Program-made: the position numbers and the translations under genes
Notes under the pieces: model-generated
What the model saw: only the letters and a program-made list of their open reading frames with translations
Databases searched by the model: none
Told to the model about the DNA's origin: nothing
Virus record (IMG/VR): IMGVR_UViG_3300035696_002535
Source of the DNA: a virus
Lineage: Duplodnaviria; Heunggongvirae; Uroviricota; Caudoviricetes
Reading direction: 5' to 3' (one strand)
Length of the DNA: 46,352 bases
Shown: piece by piece, positions 43,637-46,352 of the stretch
Layout: every line of letters begins with the position of its first letter
Position numbering within the stretch: position 1 is the first letter of the stretch

Positions 43637-44668
43637 CTATTTCCATACAAACGGCGGATAGGCATTTAAATCTCCTCTTAGATATCTTGCAAACAAACAA
43701 GCTTGTATGTACGGTAATAGTCCTATTGATACCTTTTCTTCAATAAAAGGATGCTCAAGCTCTTCTTTTTTCCTTTCTTGGTATGTCTTTAAAACTTCCT
43801 TTCTAGTCCCTGTATCCATAAGGACGGCACCCGTTTCGGTTTTTTTAAATCCCTCTGGTCTAACCTGCTGACGGTTAATAAGAGTGAGTACTAGTCTATC
43901 GGCTAAAAATGGTCTTAACTCTTCCATAATGTCTAATGCCAGACTAGGCCTACCGGGGCGATCAGCATGAAGAAATCCTGATTGAGGATCAAGTCCAACT
44001 GATTCACATGCCCCTATGCAATCGTGCGCAAGCAAAGTATATGTAAAAGACAGAAGAGCATTTACATTATCTAAGGGCGGCCTACGGCTCCTTTCCTTAA
44101 AATAAAAATTATCTTTTTGGGTAATAATAAGCCTATCAAAAACTGAAAAGTATGTATGTCCTGCTTGGCCTTCTTTGCCACGAATAGAATCAAGGCTGGT
44201 TTCGTGTCTTGTTTCCCTAACAATATTTTTTAAGCAGTCAGAACATCTGGTTAAAGCATCCTTAGTCTCTATACCATCTGTTTCTCTGGCCGCTCTCAAC
44301 AGAACCGTACGACTATTGAGAAGTTTTCCTAAAACAAAAGTTTTTGCTATGTCGATTGTTTTCTGTATGTTGTCTGACCGTCTGTGCTGCTCTTTGCGAA
44401 GAAGGATGTTGCCAGAAACTGGACCTGTCACTCTAGATAAAAACTCCCCCGACTCTGTAAGAAATGACAGCGTCACTCCTTTTTCAGAGCACATCTTCAT
44501 GAGAGGGGGTGAAAACCCTACTCCTCCGATACAAACAATGCCCTCAAGATTAGCCACAGGAACCTGTATCTTCGTTTCTCTTTCTACCTTAACTACAACA
44601 GTTTCTCCTTCTTTCGACAAGTAAGATCCGGGCATTGTGACATAAAGAGTGTTTAAAAGATGTCTCAT
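43637..44668 (-). CDS. cas1: CRISPR-associated Cas1 (type I-C-like)
   Basis: LLNTLYVT, RGKEG, RSRRPPLDNVNALLSF, GFLHADRPGRPSLALDIMEE. Confidence 0.96.
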   Translation of the reverse strand: MRHLLNTLYVTMPGSYLSKEGETVVVKVERETKIQVPVANLEGIVCIGGVGFSPPLMKMCSEKGVTLSFLTESGEFLSRVTGPVSGNILLRKEQHRRSDNIQKTIDIAKTFVLGKLLNSRTVLLRAARETDGIETKDALTRCSDCLKNIVRETRHETSLDSIRGKEGQAGHTYFSVFDRLIITQKDNFYFKERSRRPPLDNVNALLSFTYTLLAHDCIGACESVGLDPQSGFLHADRPGRPSLALDIMEELRPFLADRLVLTLINRQQVRPEGFKKTETGAVLMDTGTRKEVLKTYQERKKEELEHPFIEEKVSIGLLPYIQACLFARYLRGDLNAYPPFVWK

Positions 44669-44671
44669 GAT

Positions 44672-45325
44672 TTACTCCTGATAAATATATTTTTCTAGAT
44701 ACTCTTTTGCATCTTTTTTAAATATTTTTGGCATACACACACCTATCATAGAACAGCTATCACAATGCTTTTCGTAGTGTGTTGGAGAAGTGATACCAGA
44801 GTCTATTATTTTGTGAAGTCGTTGAGACGCTTTTACTGTCTCTTTTCGCAATAATTCACTAAACTCAATCTCATGTCTTTTATGTTCAGAGCCATAATAT
44901 AGTGCTCCTTTTTCTATGCTTATTTTCAACATTTCCTCTAAGCACAGAGCTTGAGCACACAGTTGAACTTCGTCACTACTGTTGTTTTTAGGTTTACCTC
45001 TTTTATATTCTACCGGAAATGGTGACCACAGTCCTTTTCTATTTGCAAGTTCTATTCCATTAAGATCTGAAAAATGAAATTCAACTACATCGGCTACACC
45101 AGTAAGCCCTAAAACAAATGATTTTAATTTAAGTCCATGAGTAATCAACACGCCATTTCGAGCTTCGTCTCCTTGCTCGTGTACATTCGCATGAAGAACT
45201 CGTCCTTCAGAAGTTAGTCTATTTTCTATCCATATTTGTTCTACATGTATCAAACAGCATTGTCGTTCACAAAATAAAAGGTGCTGTAGAGCAGAGATAG
45301 GAAGAAAATCAGATTCTAAAAACAT
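44672..45325 (-). CDS. cas4: CRISPR-associated Cas4 (type I-C-like)
   Basis: ISALQHLLFCERQ, GVADVVE, PVEYKRGK, QLCAQALCLEE, CDSCS...C. Confidence 0.95.
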   Translation of the reverse strand: MFLESDFLPISALQHLLFCERQCCLIHVEQIWIENRLTSEGRVLHANVHEQGDEARNGVLITHGLKLKSFVLGLTGVADVVEFHFSDLNGIELANRKGLWSPFPVEYKRGKPKNNSSDEVQLCAQALCLEEMLKISIEKGALYYGSEHKRHEIEFSELLRKETVKASQRLHKIIDSGITSPTHYEKHCDSCSMIGVCMPKIFKKDAKEYLEKYIYQE

Positions 45326-45370
45326 AAAGTTTAATCCTTTTAAATTTTATAAATAGTTGGCATTAATAAC

Positions 45371-46352
45371 TTTTTCAGCCCCACTTAGGTGTGAGGAGTA
45401 ACTATCCCGATATTTGACGGGACGCGACCATTCCACTTTCAACCCTCACCTATATGTGAGGAGTAACATTGACATACCACCCAGACCCAGAACCCTTGGC
45501 CTTTCAACCCTCACCTATATGTGAGGAGTAACCGTTCCGGACTGACTTATCAGCTCGCAATGTGGCACTTTCAACCCTCACTTATGTGTGAGGAGTAACT
45601 AATTGGTTTTTGCAGGCTGCGGGTGCATCAAATCACTTTCAACCCTCACCTGTATGTGAGGAGTAACTCAACTCTTGCAATCTCCTTCTTGCCATTCTCA
45701 ACACTTTCAACCCTCACCTGTATGTGAGGAGTAACCTTAACAACATCGGCGGTGTCTACAAATCCTGGGCTTTCAACCCTCACCTGTATGTGAGGAGTAA
45801 CATACGATGACGCGTCATCTGTTGTAGACGTGGCCTTTCAACCCTCACCTGTATGTGAGGAGTAACGAATCATTCAATAGCTTTAAAAACCGAGCTCTAA
45901 CTTTCAACCCTCACCTGTATGTGAGGAGTAACATGGGAAGCCAACGGAGATGTGATACTCACCAAACTTTCAACCCTCACCTGTATGTGAGGAGTAACCA
46001 AAAGGAGAAGACCGATGCCGAATGTCTGTAAACTTTCAACCCTCACCTGTATGTGAGGAGTAACGTTTTTCTCTTGCAATTTTTGTTTCCTGCTCTACTT
46101 TCAACCCTCACCTGTATGTGAGGAGTAACATGGATGCACTTCGTGAGTTCCTGGAGAAGAACCTTTCAACCCTCACCTGTATGTGAGGAGTAACGGGAGA
46201 AGGTGTTCCACCAAATTCACCATCCACCCTTTCAACCCTCACCTGTATGTGAGGAGTAACGGCAATGGAAACGCGGCAGTGAATCCTCCGAATGCTTTCA
46301 ACCCTCACCTGTATGTGAGGAGTAACCCGACTGGCCTGCCACAATGTGACTA
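45371..46352 (-). CRISPR. CRISPR array: 32-nt repeat GTTACTCCTCACATACAGGTGAGGGTTGAAAG; 15 repeats, 14 complete spacers (33-36 nt) + 1 partial; truncated by window end
   Basis: Repeat starts on + strand: 45371 (degenerate), 45436, 45501, 45568, 45636, 45704, 45770, 45835, 45901, 45967, 46033, 46098, 46163, 46229, 46295; hairpin CCTCAC/GTGAGG; ...GAAAG 3' end and degenerate end set the orientation. Confidence 0.98.

Noticed and set aside
44175-44624. 149-aa + strand ORF
   Set aside because: Antisense shadow of cas1
45897-46344. ORFs with VTPHIQVRVE repeats
   Set aside because: Translation of the CRISPR repeat
1-46352. Genome-wide TAG recoding (code 15)
   Set aside because: TAG ends many tightly packed genes followed by SD-led starts (e.g. 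2726, 3172, 4104, 4964); only two isolated in-frame TAGs were found
1-46352. tRNA or rRNA genes
   Set aside because: No GGTTCGAATCC-type T-arm with a cloverleaf seen on either strand by eye
45403-46352. Self-targeting spacers
   Set aside because: No match to the window seen by eye; not exhaustively excluded

Overview
Dense, mostly minus-strand run of short genes that reads like the accessory region of a large bacteriophage. This is an inference: no capsid, terminase, rRNA or tRNA genes were seen, but there are many short hypothetical ORFs and one promoter motif recurs 9 times. Recognisable genes: two RNA ligases (minimal Rnl2-like, T4 Rnl1-like), Tpt1/KptA, ADP-ribosylglycohydrolase, NadD, a class II (plant-type) PRPP synthetase, MazG, MgtC, a GluR0-like K+ channel, a serpin-fold protein, a GNAT, an AAA+ ATPase, Lar-like proteins and a type I-C cas4-cas1-cas2 module next to a CRISPR array (15 repeats visible, running off the window). 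There are also two IS200/IS605-family insertions whose empty sites can be reconstructed: a 1353-bp RHH + dead tnpB element and a 301-bp promoter + omegaRNA-like mini-element. The most novel-looking signals are three intergenic multi-stem RNAs with long closing helices: 2057-2280 behind a small DIP1984-like gene, 9184-9357 behind rnl1, and 25677-25817 between prs and mazG. All folds, motif matches and family calls were made by eye and from memory; no searches were run.
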